Made by a program: the position numbers and the translations under genes. This document shows, piece by piece, positions 20,713-32,110 of a DNA stretch of 64,000 bases (positions are counted from its first letter, which is position 1; each line of letters opens with the position of its first letter). This DNA comes from Naegleria gruberi (lineage: Eukaryota), in NCBI GenBank assembly GCA_000004985.1, contig GG738854.1. The stretch is one strand, 5' to 3'. Under the pieces are notes generated by a model that ran no database searches, was not told where the DNA came from, and saw only the letters and a list, made by a program, of their open reading frames with translations.

Positions 20713-23700
20713 TTACATGAAAAGTGGGCTATCATCACATAATCTGGCAATTTCATACAAATGTTGGATAATTTCCTCAAAGCTTGGTCTTTCATTTGGG
20801 AGCTGATGCCAACACTGTTGCACTAGTTTGATATACTTGGAAACACCTTCAACAAATAGATTGCTGTTCTCATTATTGATTGGTTGAATAAATAATCTTG
20901 TCCATTCCTTCAATTGTTCATCATTTGAGAAGGGAATGTTTGGTCTTTTTCCTCTCACTATCTGGGTAATAACTGTTAGACTGTTACAATCTGACATCTC
21001 TGTAAAATAGTTCATCTTTTTGTGATTGTGAGTCGTATAAGGAACTTCTTCAAAAAAGAGTGACCACATAATAATTCCAAACGAATAGACATCAATCTTG
21101 GATGCATTCTTGATTCTTTCCTCTTTTGATAAGGAAGATCCTCCAAATGTACCTGATCCAATTGATGAATTACTATTCATATTTGAATTGGAATAATGGA
21201 TGGAGTCGGTAGCGTTTGAGAATCCAGAGAACTGTTCATTTTCAAAAAGCTCAGAATTATTAGAAACTCCAGAATCAAAATTCTCTGGAAATATTTGTTT
21301 AACACAGTGAAACTAGAATAAAACTTACCTGGAGGGCAATATAGAAGTGTACCAATGTTCAATGTCATACTAGTTTCAAACATGTTATTTCCAACAATTC
21401 TTGAAAGTCCAAAATCACAAATCTTTACACAATTTTTATCATCAAGAAGTACGTTTGCAATTTGAATGCCAGAATTCAATAAATTGTAATATAAATTACA
21501 TACCTGGTTTCAAATCACGATGACAAATCATATTTGGTTTAAGTGAATGCAAATAGGACATTCCTCTACTCACTCCCATCAAAATATCCAATTTCTGTTT
21601 CATAGTCAACTTTTGGCGACCAACTTTGCATTCACTGATTAGTTTTTCCAAACTACCTCCTTTCATGAATTCAATCACCATATATTTCTGGTTCTTGTTT
21701 GGAACACAAAAACCGTACATTGTAACTATTTCATCTTAAGTTATTTGAAACATAGGGGAATATTACATACCAATATTAGGATGTCTCAAACTAATTAAAA
21801 GTGCTCCTTCTCGTTCAAAAACATCTTCGTCATCTTGGTCCTTGATTGATTTAATTGCTACTTCAATTCCTTTCCATAATCCTTGATAAATCATTGATTG
21901 ACCTCCTTCTCCAATACGTTTCTGAATTGTAATATCCTCGGTTGGAATAATAAATGACGCCTTACTGTTAGGTCTATCCTCAGACTCTTCGAAAATAATC
22001 TTCTTATCAAGTAATACCCTTTCCATTTCAGATTCAGCTCTGGTTCGTTTTCTCAGTAGCTTTGATTTGTATCTAGCAACACAAAGTCCAATTAATCCAA
22101 TACAAGTGGTAATCAATGTCACTGCTGCTAAGCTTGTGACTAGAGGGAGAATGTAAAAAATGTTCACACAACCTGGTGCCTCATATCTATAGAAAGAAGG
22201 GCAAGAATCGAGAATAATATCCACCGTATAAGTTACTCTCTCATAGGTTACTGAAAGCTGCACACTTCTTGCTTCCTTGACTTCAGAATTTGAATACAAG
22301 CTAAAAGGCAGCCTGAAATCAGTATTGTTTGAGGAATCTGTCTTTAAAAACAGACTAGAATCACTAACTTGAAGAGTAATTGGAACCTTAGGTGTTTCAA
22401 TTAATCTTCCAAAAATGTTTCTTGCCTCAATCTCAATAATAAATTTTTGCCCCAAATAGGCTTTTTGAGTACCATTATAAACCGTGTGAGGATTGACATC
22501 AAGCTCAATAACTTTGTACTCAAATTCAAAACAAGGAGAGGAAATAGAGTCGTCATTGTCATAATAGTATTCTTCATTGATATAAATGGACCTATTACTG
22601 AGCACTTCTGAGTATCCAATTTTTCCATATTTTGCAGTGTTTGCATAAAAGACATTACTTGGAGTAATCGTGACCCGTATCTCTTTTGGTGCTTCCCCAA
22701 AGAAAATTACACCTCCCTTCTTTGCTATGTTTCGTTCAAAGTAACTTGTACTTATTTCAGAACTTCCTGTTACATAGAGTGCACCTCCTATGGTGTTTTC
22801 ATTTCCATTTCCAATAAATTTCGAGCCATCCACAGATAACACGTTTATATCGTATTTCGCACGAGACCTATATTCATAAAATATCGCTGAGCCCTTTGGA
22901 GCAACGTTATTGTAAAACTCACAATTCTTGACATGAAAAATAGCACTTGATTCAATATAAATTGATGATGTAGTGCAATTTAAAAATCTGGAATTTTGCA
23001 CAGTAGAAGATTTTTCGAAATAGTCATTGGATGGAATAATAGTATCATACGAAATTACATAATATATTGCTCCATTATAAGCATTTGGTTTCACATTAAT
23101 AAATTCTGAATGATCAACAAGGAAATAATGAATATCTTGCATGTGTAAACAAGTTGCAGAAATGTTGTTACATGACAGGTTTGTAATTTGTAACTCTTTG
23201 CATGTACTGATAAATATCATACTGCCTTGTGTGTTACTGTCATAGACTCTAACATTGTCAATCACTAGTTTGACGATAGAGGATACAAATAGCCAATTGG
23301 TTCCCATTGAAATGTTACTGTTAGTTATGTATGCGTCAATGGAATATCCAATATATAATACAGGATATCCTATTGCAAACGTTCCAATATAATCAATATT
23401 GTCAATAATTATTTCATTAGATTCAATGATTGAAAGTATAGAATCATCTCCAGTATCACACTCAAGTATTTTAACATCATCTACCCTTTCAATGAAGAGT
23501 TTGGCTTTCAGAGCAGAGTTTGTAATTTGCAAAATTCTTGAATTTCCTATAAAAGTATCCCCTCTGATTGTCACATGATCAAGCTCAATAATATCATAGT
23601 TAGCCATTCTCAAGTTTGTATCTGATATATCAACTTGTTGAAATATTGATACAGTTCCTTTTCTTGGTGAAAGAACCATTTGATTATTATATGTAAATTC

Positions 23701-24272
23701 ACCAAATTTCAAAAGTGATGCACTGAATTTACAATTTGTAAATGTTGCTTTGGGTGCACTCGTCAACGACATAGCAACATTGGTAAATCCAATATCTTGT
23801 GCCTCCACTGAAATGATGTTATTTTGATCAGTAAGAAGAGTTTGCCTTCCAACATGACAAACAATTGAGGCCATACCAGAATTCAATCCATTCTCAAATC
23901 TAACTCGATAACTAAAACCAGTTCTCTTATAAAAAGAAGGAACCTGACATTGATTCTCTGCTTGAATCCTAAAAACCACCGAGATAATAGTCTCTCCAAA
24001 CATCATTGTTTTTACCATATTATTCAAATGATTAACAGCACTACTCATATAATTACACAAATACTTTCCAGCACCTCCGGTACATGATGAACTAAATATC
24101 GAACTGATTGTATACTGATAACTCCTTTCCGAAACTCCAAGTACCAAATTATTATTTTCATTAATTATATTAGTACACAATAAAACAACAATGATCATCA
24201 AGTAATAAATTATTCTTGATGAACCCGAAGCGACTCTCCTTCTTGTATTCGTCATCACCATCATCGTGTGTC
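20713..24272 (-). CDS. Receptor-type protein kinase with Pmp-like beta-helix ectodomain, paralog 3
   Basis: Exon 1 is 24272..21771, from MMVMTNTRRR through signal anchor IIYYLMIIVVLLCTNII to ...LRHPNI. A 45-nt GTATGT..ATAG intron spans 21726..21770. Exon 2 is 21725..21504 (VTMYGFCV...HRDLKPG). The next intron starts with GTATGT at 21503 but has no AG acceptor before the IANVLLDDKNCVKICDFGLSR exon (to 21329). A 44-nt GTAAGT..CCAG intron spans 21285..21328. The last exon is 21284..20713. The kinase has LLYCPP|E, DVYSFGIIMWSLF and CWHQLPNERPSF. The ectodomain has GGALYVTG, GGVIFFG, NGAIYYV, FIGNGNEN and FERNIA. Confidence 0.65.
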
Positions 24273-24844
24273 TAGCTTCTTTAAATTTGATGACGGTTGT
24301 GTTGTGGTCAATGAATTGCCGGCATAAAATCTTTGTGAGATTCAAAGACCAAAATTATTTGTGAGATGCAAACACAATTTTTTTCTTCTTGAAAAGAGTG
24401 GAAAATGCGTTGTGAATCTTAATTACGGTTAGACTAATAAGGGGAAATTTTCCGTATTTGGTCCCTTAATAGAATTTATTTTTTGAAAAAGATGGAAGTT
24501 TATTTTAGAAAATGATAAGAAAGGGGTTTTGAAATGTCAATGAAGGGTCATGACAGTATTGAGATAACAGTGGACAGAATCTGTCATCGAATTGACACCT
24601 GGCAGTTTGTTTGAAATGAACAGAGATAAACAAACGGTAAAAAAATGCCTCTCCTTAACAGCTCAACTAAAGATAATGACCTGCAAGCTTCCAGAAATTC
24701 AAAAGCAGTTAAAAACGACGTACCGAAACATCACCAACTATCATTAATCAAGGAATCAATAACAGCAATGGGGAATTAGTTTTCAATAATGGACGAAACA
24801 GACACTTTACTGCCAATAATTACAAAGTTCTCTATGAAGAGTTG

Positions 24845-26302
24845 ATGAACAACCCAAAAGGAAGAGAAATCTTTCAGAAATATCTGAAAAATGAAGCATG
24901 TAGCGAAGAGCCAATTCTTTTCCTTAATGAAATGGATGAATTACGAGTCTAATATAACAAGATTAATAATTCGAATGAAATTTCATTGAAATTATGGAAG
25001 AAATATTTGGAGAAATTGTTTCGTATGGTTGAGAAATTCATCAGAGAGAAGAGTAATACTGAATTAAATCTTCAAGAAGCTCAACAGGAAAAATTATTGA
25101 GGAAAATTGATGAAGAAATTGCACCGCAATTTTCAAGAATATTTCTTTGTAATAATGGAGGAAAGAAAGTTTCGTCTCCTTCCTCGCCCTCTTCGCCAAC
25201 AAGTTCAAAAAGCTCCAAGTCAACCGAAAGCTATGAATCTTTCAGTAACCAATCTGTTGAATCAATAATAGAACAAGAATTGCAGAGCTATCTCAATATT
25301 GTCGATCCAGATGTATTATTTAATGAAATTGTCATATCAGTGAATGTTGATTTAAAGCTGGATCAATTTCCACGATTTTCCAGAAGTAAATTTCTCCTTG
25401 ATTTCCTTAACAAGCAAGGTGAAGCTTTCACCAGATCCATAGCCATCGATGTGTCCAGAGGATTTCACGTGGACATTCGATTTCTCCCAAAAGATTTATC
25501 CAAAAACTTTATCTACGACAAGGACATTTTCTTTGGATTTAGTTTAATTGAAGATTCACCAGATTGGCAAGTCATTCCTTGCTCTGCCATGTCAAACCAA
25601 GCTCAACTCTACCACTCCAACACATCCTACATATTTGGAAATAATGCAACTGGTATGAAACTCTACAAGATGGTCACAATTCTGCCCTACAAACTGGAAG
25701 ATGTCTTTTCAGCATTTTGTTTCATTCAAGGTGAAGACACTGGAGATCGATTGACTGAAAATCGAATCATTGGATCAAATGCTCCCAAACAGGCCATGTC
25801 CATGACTGGAGTGGATGAGAAGACTAATCCACTTGCCATTCGATATGTCACTTCATCATTGAAATTGTTACTTCCTGGACTAAAGGAAAGAGAATTTCCA
25901 AGAAGTTTAACTTGTGTCTATGATTGTGGATTGGATGCTTATATTAATGTTGGACACACGAGTCGTTATTCATTTCATGATGTGTCGAAAGAGAGAGTGG
26001 AGATGGATATGTTCTTTGTAAATATCATGTATCGAATAGGAGATTCGACAAGATTCGTATATGTTATTTACAGTGATGCACATACGCCCAAGGTATTGGA
26101 TTCGATGTTTGCAAAGGCTCATTGGAAACAACGTTGTGTGAGATTGGAACAAACATTCTTTCAATTATTACAAACTCACCAAACAAGTGAACTTTCAGAT
26201 AATTTTAAACTAAAAGAACTAGTTGAAGAAAACCTGAAAGCACATCCTCAAAAATCATGGTACAGAGATTATCTGAGTTTGTTTCATAATAAATCTCTCT
26301 AA
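24845..26302 (+). CDS. RGS domain protein, paralog B (5' structure unresolved)
   Basis: The RGS N-terminal box NNYKVLYEELMNNPKGREIFQKYLKNEACSEEPILFLNEMDELR is followed by an in-frame TAA at 24950..24952. Either a 54-nt in-frame intron (24947..25000, GTCTAA..GGAAG) removes it, or translation restarts inside the ORF-track ORF (24986..26302). The rest of the RGS domain (...KLFRMVEKFIREKSNTELNL...DLKLDQFPRFSRSKFLLDFL) and a roughly 300-aa C-terminal region are intact. Stop is TAA. The candidate upstream ATG at 24789 is in a different frame. Confidence 0.5.
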
Positions 26303-26511
26303 TTTTTAAATAACTCAGCTCCGAAAGACCTTGTTTATATGTATTCGAAAGTTAACAGATGTAAATAAGGAAGTTTTTACTAATTTAACAAAATAAATAG
26401 CCTCTTTGAAAGATTCACCTTACAATCTCCTTCCTTTTGTAAATAGCATTGGACAAATAGTCGGTGATGAAGTATGCTGATGTCAACTGTTAAAACATCA
26501 TAAAAAACAAA

Positions 26512-27633
26512 ATGACTTCTATCATCACCAACCAAACCTATGTCATTACTGCAACAACTGCTGATAGTGTTGCAAACCTTGTTGTTGATAGTGTAACTTT
26601 GATGGCAACAGCTCTCGTGATTATTCCAACACTCATTGTTTATTTCAAGAGAGATTCGTATTTGATTTTTAAAAGTCTAGTAGAAACTTGCAATTCGAAC
26701 ATGCATGCACCAGATCCCAGAACCAAATCAAAAGGTTTCTTCTTTTGCTTGATGAATAGTTTAGTTTTATTTCTGATATATCGAGTACTCATCGAAGGAC
26801 TCACAATCGCTCAGCACACTCAAGAATTACGAAAGAATGTCGAAACCTTTGTATTATTATTGAATATAAGAAGAATTTTAGATTACATTGGCATGTATTG
26901 GTTCTTAACCTTATTCACATTCATCATCCCAATTTGGATGAAAGTTTGCATTACATGGATTTCCACACAACGAAACCGAAAAATCATGAAAATTACAATT
27001 GGAATTCTTCTCATTCTTGTCAATGTGTTGGGATTCTGTGGTTTCTTACCAGTTACTGTCTTGTCAATTATTAGTGCAATTGATACAAATTTTGAGAGTA
27101 ATGATTTATTGAGAAAGATTTTAACTTATGGAATTGGAACACCACTTGTTGGTATTTCAACTGCAATTGTTTTCTTTTTGAGTATTGGAGTGGTGGTAAT
27201 GATTGTTATCATGTTGAGAGATGCTTCAAAGAAACAACCTGATAATAGTGAGCAATATCACATTCAAAGACAAGCTATTGTCAAATTGACTGTTGGAGTT
27301 ATTGTTTTGGCAGCTGCTGTCTTGATTGAAACAATTGGAGTTGCTGTGAATGGAGCTAATGTTCCAAATTATATTGTATTTCCATTGGCTAAGGGAATTC
27401 CATATGTTTTCTTTGCATTGTGTGTGGATTTAATATTTTGGCCATTTCCTCTGCCAATTCTGAGTCAACCAGTGCAATTTGTCATGCAAGAATTGAAGTT
27501 TTCCACCATTGTTAATTTACCATCAATAGAAAAGAAGAAGAAATTGGAGCAACAAGCAACACTCAGTAATCAATCCGCTAATCCTGAGACTAAACATGAG
27601 GAAATTCAATTGGAAGATCAATCAAATGTTTAA
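26512..27633 (+). CDS. Polytopic (about 7 TM) membrane protein, GPCR-like topology
   Basis: 373-aa ORF from ATG to TAA. Seven hydrophobic segments are present (for example VTLMATALVIIPTLIVYF, FFFCLMNSLVLFLIYRVLI, YWFLTLFTFIIPIWMKVCITWI, IGILLILVNVLGFCGFLPVTVLSIISAI, GIGTPLVGISTAIVFFLSIGVVVMIVIML, LTVGVIVLAAAVLIETIGVAV, IPYVFFALCVDLIFWPFPLPI). The N-terminus is short and luminal with an NQT glycosylation site. The cytoplasmic tail is polar. No family-specific motif was recognised. Confidence 0.5.
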   Translation: MTSIITNQTYVITATTADSVANLVVDSVTLMATALVIIPTLIVYFKRDSYLIFKSLVETCNSNMHAPDPRTKSKGFFFCLMNSLVLFLIYRVLIEGLTIAQHTQELRKNVETFVLLLNIRRILDYIGMYWFLTLFTFIIPIWMKVCITWISTQRNRKIMKITIGILLILVNVLGFCGFLPVTVLSIISAIDTNFESNDLLRKILTYGIGTPLVGISTAIVFFLSIGVVVMIVIMLRDASKKQPDNSEQYHIQRQAIVKLTVGVIVLAAAVLIETIGVAVNGANVPNYIVFPLAKGIPYVFFALCVDLIFWPFPLPILSQPVQFVMQELKFSTIVNLPSIEKKKKLEQQATLSNQSANPETKHEEIQLEDQSNV

Positions 27634-27982
27634 TTATTTCTCTGATATTAGAAAGTGTTTTAAATTATTTGAATGAATTCCCTTACTGGGCCATCACTTG
27701 AAACCAACTTTTGTGAACTTGAAGATTTCTTCCCTCCTATCCTCTGATTTCACAGAACATTGTAAATCAAAACAATAAATCATGTTTGTTTGCCAATGTT
27801 AACAAAAATTACTTCCTCTTGTTCGTGTAACCAACTAAAATGCAAACTCTTTAGCATGTAGGATCATCGTCAAAATAATTCTCCTCCCGCATATTTTGTG
27901 AACTTGAAAAAATAATTATTATTTTAAAAAAATTCTCAAAGGCTTCCCTGCAGGGTTTTATTATTTACTCATCATCTCCATA

Positions 27983-29028
27983 ATGTCGCAGAGATATTGT
28001 GTTCAACAAGCCTTGTTGTTGGTGCTGCTTGCTTGTTGTAGTGTTGTACTTGCTCAAAAATCGTACACTATCAATTCTATTAATTCTGTAGTTTATGTAT
28101 CATCGGGAAGTTGTGATGTGTCGGTTGTTGAGACTTATGTTTATGACTTTTTAGGATCTTATTCGACTGTTGCTAGAGCTATTCCATATACTATTGCTGC
28201 ATCATCTGCATTTCAAACTAGCTCATTGAAGGTTGATGTTTTAACTCCTGGATATTCCGTTTCAAAGTATACTAGTGATCAACAAGATGCCAAGTTTATT
28301 GTGGTAAATATTAGTCCTTCTACTCCTTCTGGTACCTCTACTAGAATGAGTATTCGTTATTCTTATTCTCTTACTGGACCTATTCGTCAATCAGGTGTAA
28401 GTATTACTATTATTTCACATTATTTCAACATGTTAATTTGTCATCTTGTGAAATAATTTCATTAAAATTCATCATCATATGGATATTGAACAATAATTGG
28501 AAATATCAATAACAGGGAAATAATCAAGTCACCTACTATTACAAGGAAGGAACTGAAATCAACAACTTGAATGCCACCTTCACCTTTGATTCATCAATTG
28601 ATTTGAAGGGAAGTTTAGTACCATCTGTTGGAGGTGTTGTAGTTGGAAATTCTGTCAACTTCCAAAAGATATCAATCTTCTCAAACACTGCCTTCCAACC
28701 ATCAGTTTCATTCAACACAATTTCTGGTCAGTTCAACAAGTGTAGTGGTCCTTCGTCTTCTGACCTTTTAACTATTATAGTTGTTGTGGTTGTCGTTGCT
28801 GTGTGTATTTGCATTTCCATCGTTTGTAGTATTCTTGGTTTCTTTAGAAGAGCTGTTAGTAATACTTTAGGATTTACAAGATGGGGAGGTTCTTCATCCT
28901 ATGGTTATGTTTCCAATGATTATGGACATCACCATCATCATTACCATTCTGGAGGTCATCATTCATACAGTGGTGGTGGAAGTAGTAGTCGTGGTAGTAT
29001 GACAGGCACCAGTGGTTTTGCTAATTAA
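27983..29028 (+). CDS. Type I membrane glycoprotein with His/Gly-rich cytoplasmic tail
   Basis: Exon 1 is 27983..28396 and carries the signal peptide LLLVLLACCSVVLAQK. A 119-nt GTAAGT..AACAG intron spans 28397..28515. Exon 2 is 28516..29028. A Ser/Thr-rich ectodomain with N-glycosylation sites leads to the transmembrane segment LLTIIVVVVVVAVCICISIVCSILGFF. The tail is ...GHHHHHYHSGGHHSYSGGGSSSRGS. Stop is TAA. Confidence 0.55.
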
Positions 29029-29270
29029 AATTGAAATAATTATCATCCAAACTTTTAGGTGCTCTTTTTTACCGTTACATTCTTTTAAAAAAAAATAGAA
29101 AATGGCATCATGTTGGATGAGTAGGAAGAGTAGTATAGTAGGTTGTGAACAAAATTATTGTTTTATTCATTGTTCAAATACTGTTGTTATTATTATTGGG
29201 AAAGCAAAATTGGGAGAACTCTTCTAGATTACAAGGTATCGGGAATTAGTACTAATTCTATTATAGCAAA

Positions 29271-29951
29271 TTACAATAGATTACTAATCTTGACTCTATC
29301 AAAACGTTTGGCTATTAGCGAAATGTCTTCATTGGAATATTTGGTTATCAGGTTTGGATAATTCAATACAAAATCAACAGCCAAATCGATTGCTCTTGAA
29401 TTTTCCTTATTGGAACTTGACTTTTGGTTTAACAGAGATTGAATTCTTCTATATGGCCAACGTTCAATATTGAGTCTAGTCTTGATTCTTTTGAGTTTGC
29501 TCTTGGAACACCCTAAACGCTTTGCAGCTTCATTCTCTGGAAGGAAAAAGTGCTTTTTAATATCATCATAACAAATGTAACTCTTTTGATTGGAACTAGT
29601 TCTATTGCATCGAATGATTTGAGATTGGTGTGAGGTTGTAAACTTATTCTTCAAGTCTACTGATCTCATTCTTGACTTGCTATTGCATTCTTCTTCATTG
29701 GAACTTGAAGAAGATGTATTATCATCAAGAATGACTGTTTTACGAGTACGTTTGCTACTTCTTTTCAGTATCGAACCATTTTCATCAGAGTTTTGGCTTG
29801 ATGCTGATGTATAGTCTGGAGCAATTGGAATACGAGTGGATGTTTTTACATTGGATAACGAACAATCAGAATATTCCAAATCACTAGTATTGGATCTATC
29901 TCTCTTCATACTGATTGGATGTATTGTCACTACTGAGTTTAAGGTGAGCAT
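29271..29951 (-). CDS. RWP-RK domain protein (putative transcription factor)
   Basis: 226-aa ORF from ATG at 29951 to TAA. The C-terminal KKHFFLPENEAAKRLGCSKSKLKRIKTRLNIERWPYRRIQSL matches the RWP-RK signature (..YF..P...AAK.LGVS.T.LKR.CR..GI.RWP.RK) with the variant RWPYRR. The N-terminal half is Ser-rich. Confidence 0.65.
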   Translation of the reverse strand: MLTLNSVVTIHPISMKRDRSNTSDLEYSDCSLSNVKTSTRIPIAPDYTSASSQNSDENGSILKRSSKRTRKTVILDDNTSSSSSNEEECNSKSRMRSVDLKNKFTTSHQSQIIRCNRTSSNQKSYICYDDIKKHFFLPENEAAKRLGCSKSKLKRIKTRLNIERWPYRRIQSLLNQKSSSNKENSRAIDLAVDFVLNYPNLITKYSNEDISLIAKRFDRVKISNLL

Positions 29952-31429
29952 GTTGTTATAGTTCTTCTTAATAATAGGGATGAAAATGTTTTTCTATTGG
30001 AAAGAGTTTGATCTTGGCAGGACGAATATCGTGGAGGTGGTTAATAATTATTATATTGGACGAGTTCGTGGAATGGTGTTGAGATCAGAGTAATATACAC
30101 AAGAGAGAGAGAGGAGGAATTAAAGTTGTTTTTTTTGAATGTGCTACTTTATCTCAGTAAGGGTGAGTGTTTAAATTGTGAGGAGGATTACACTGAATGA
30201 TTCGCTTAAATGCAACAACAAACTGCTTACTTGTCTCAATTATCAAGAGAGGTACCACCTAAAAGTACGTTCAAGGAATTGGAGTTAACAGGAGCGCGAG
30301 ATTTGAGTGCAAAAATCTAGCGCTACTGTGTTTTACTGTAATTTTGCACCATTTACTTTGTTTTACAGCGCTTAATTTGTGCATTCAAAATGCTAGAAAT
30401 GATTGTGTCATTGAGTAATGAGTCCAAACGGTTTATTTCAACGGTTAGAGTGGTGGTGTCAAACGAAAATATTATGTGGAGAATCTTCAAACGAAAACAT
30501 TACTTGGAAGAATGATGATATGTAGGACAATCATGATAAGTATTAATGAGTTTTGCAAATAATTGAGTAATGGCTCAATTCTTTGCTCAACTAACGCAAC
30601 AATTAATGGCTTGGTTGTTGAACAAACTCAGGAACACAAGGAACAAGATTATTGGAAGGTTAACTTTATACACTGAGATCTTGCGTTGGAGTTTTTGCAC
30701 CAATTTGTTGCCATTACGGTCGCATATTTTCCATTATTTCACTAGGTGAATCTATTAAGCACACAAAAGATTTTTCACACAATGAAAATTTATCAACATA
30801 TCAAATGAATGAGACAAATACCGTGAGTGGAATCATCAGCTTAATAGTTACAGAAGATTGGACAATTTATTTCTTTGGAAACAAGTGGCTTGGTAATGAA
30901 GTTGGGACAAGATGAAGAAAATTCACCTCAAAAACAAATTTTCCTCATCTGACCGATCTGTAAGGATCAAATGTAATAGGACTATTCCACAAGTTCATCA
31001 TTATCTCCCTCAAGAGCTCTTCAACTGGTCCTTCAGGTACTGGTGTTGTTCCTTCTGATCCTTCTGCTACCATTGCAGAGAAGGGTAAGATAATTTCCTA
31101 TTGTTCTGTCTTTGAGCTTTAGATTTCTTGGTGTTGGATTTGCCATTACGTTGTGGTCTCGAACGTTTTTGAATGGAGGTGAAAGTTTGATGAGTTTGAT
31201 GAGTTGTAGTATGAGCGATCATACAGAGGATGAAGAATTTGAATGAACAACAATAACATGCAGATTATCCAGAAGAATATTGCTTTGCGATGAAGCATCT
31301 TGTTCTAGGCTACTTTTTTCGCCTGAAAAACAGGCAAAAAATATTTAGGCCAAAAAAAATAGCCTAAAATGTCTAGGCGCAAAATAGTAGGGTGCTTATT
31401 TGATGGACAAAAGTTCTTGGTGTTGCCTT

Positions 31430-32110
31430 GTATGTATTAATAACACCGAACAAATACACGTTCCATTATTTTCCACCATTAAGAAAAAATATTTCAGCCC
31501 AAACACACATTGGGAACACTTTGGTGATTTTCAGAGTGATTTCACCCCATGAATCCACCAAACTTTCACATCATCATCTCAACATCATCCTAATAGTATT
31601 ACTGGTAGTATTTTTTATTATTGGATTGTGATTATAAATTTGGAATTTAATTTTCACTTGGGAAAAATTCAAGTTGGTAAACCATCATCGGAACAACTTC
31701 CAACCATCATCATTGTTATTTATCATCATTATAATAGTAATATTTGTGGAAATAAATCTGATAATAGTAATATTTTAGTGAAATTCAATATTTTCACTAA
31801 AATCATCATCACTGCCAGATTCATATGGTAATTTGGAAAACTTTCAATCTAGTATTGTTCAGCATGGTCGATTCCATCAGGTAAAATCACTTCCGAACAT
31901 TTTCCTATTGGTTATCATCATGATAGGTTCATGTATATTTTCAACATGTACATGGACCATAACTCAACATGTACTTCACCAACTTGGAAAATGTCTTTCA
32001 TAACTACTATTCAAATACATAATAAACAATATATTTATTATCAGTTTTTCATCATTTTGTTGTTTTACCAACTTCGGAATATTCATGATAACATATCATG
32101 ATTCATGCCA
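31430..32110 (+). repeat. Dispersed non-coding repeat, copy B (paralog of 14690..15480)
   Basis: Same-orientation alignment to copy A, sharing the same three blocks listed there. It sits inside a 3.4-kb gene-free interval. Confidence 0.5.
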
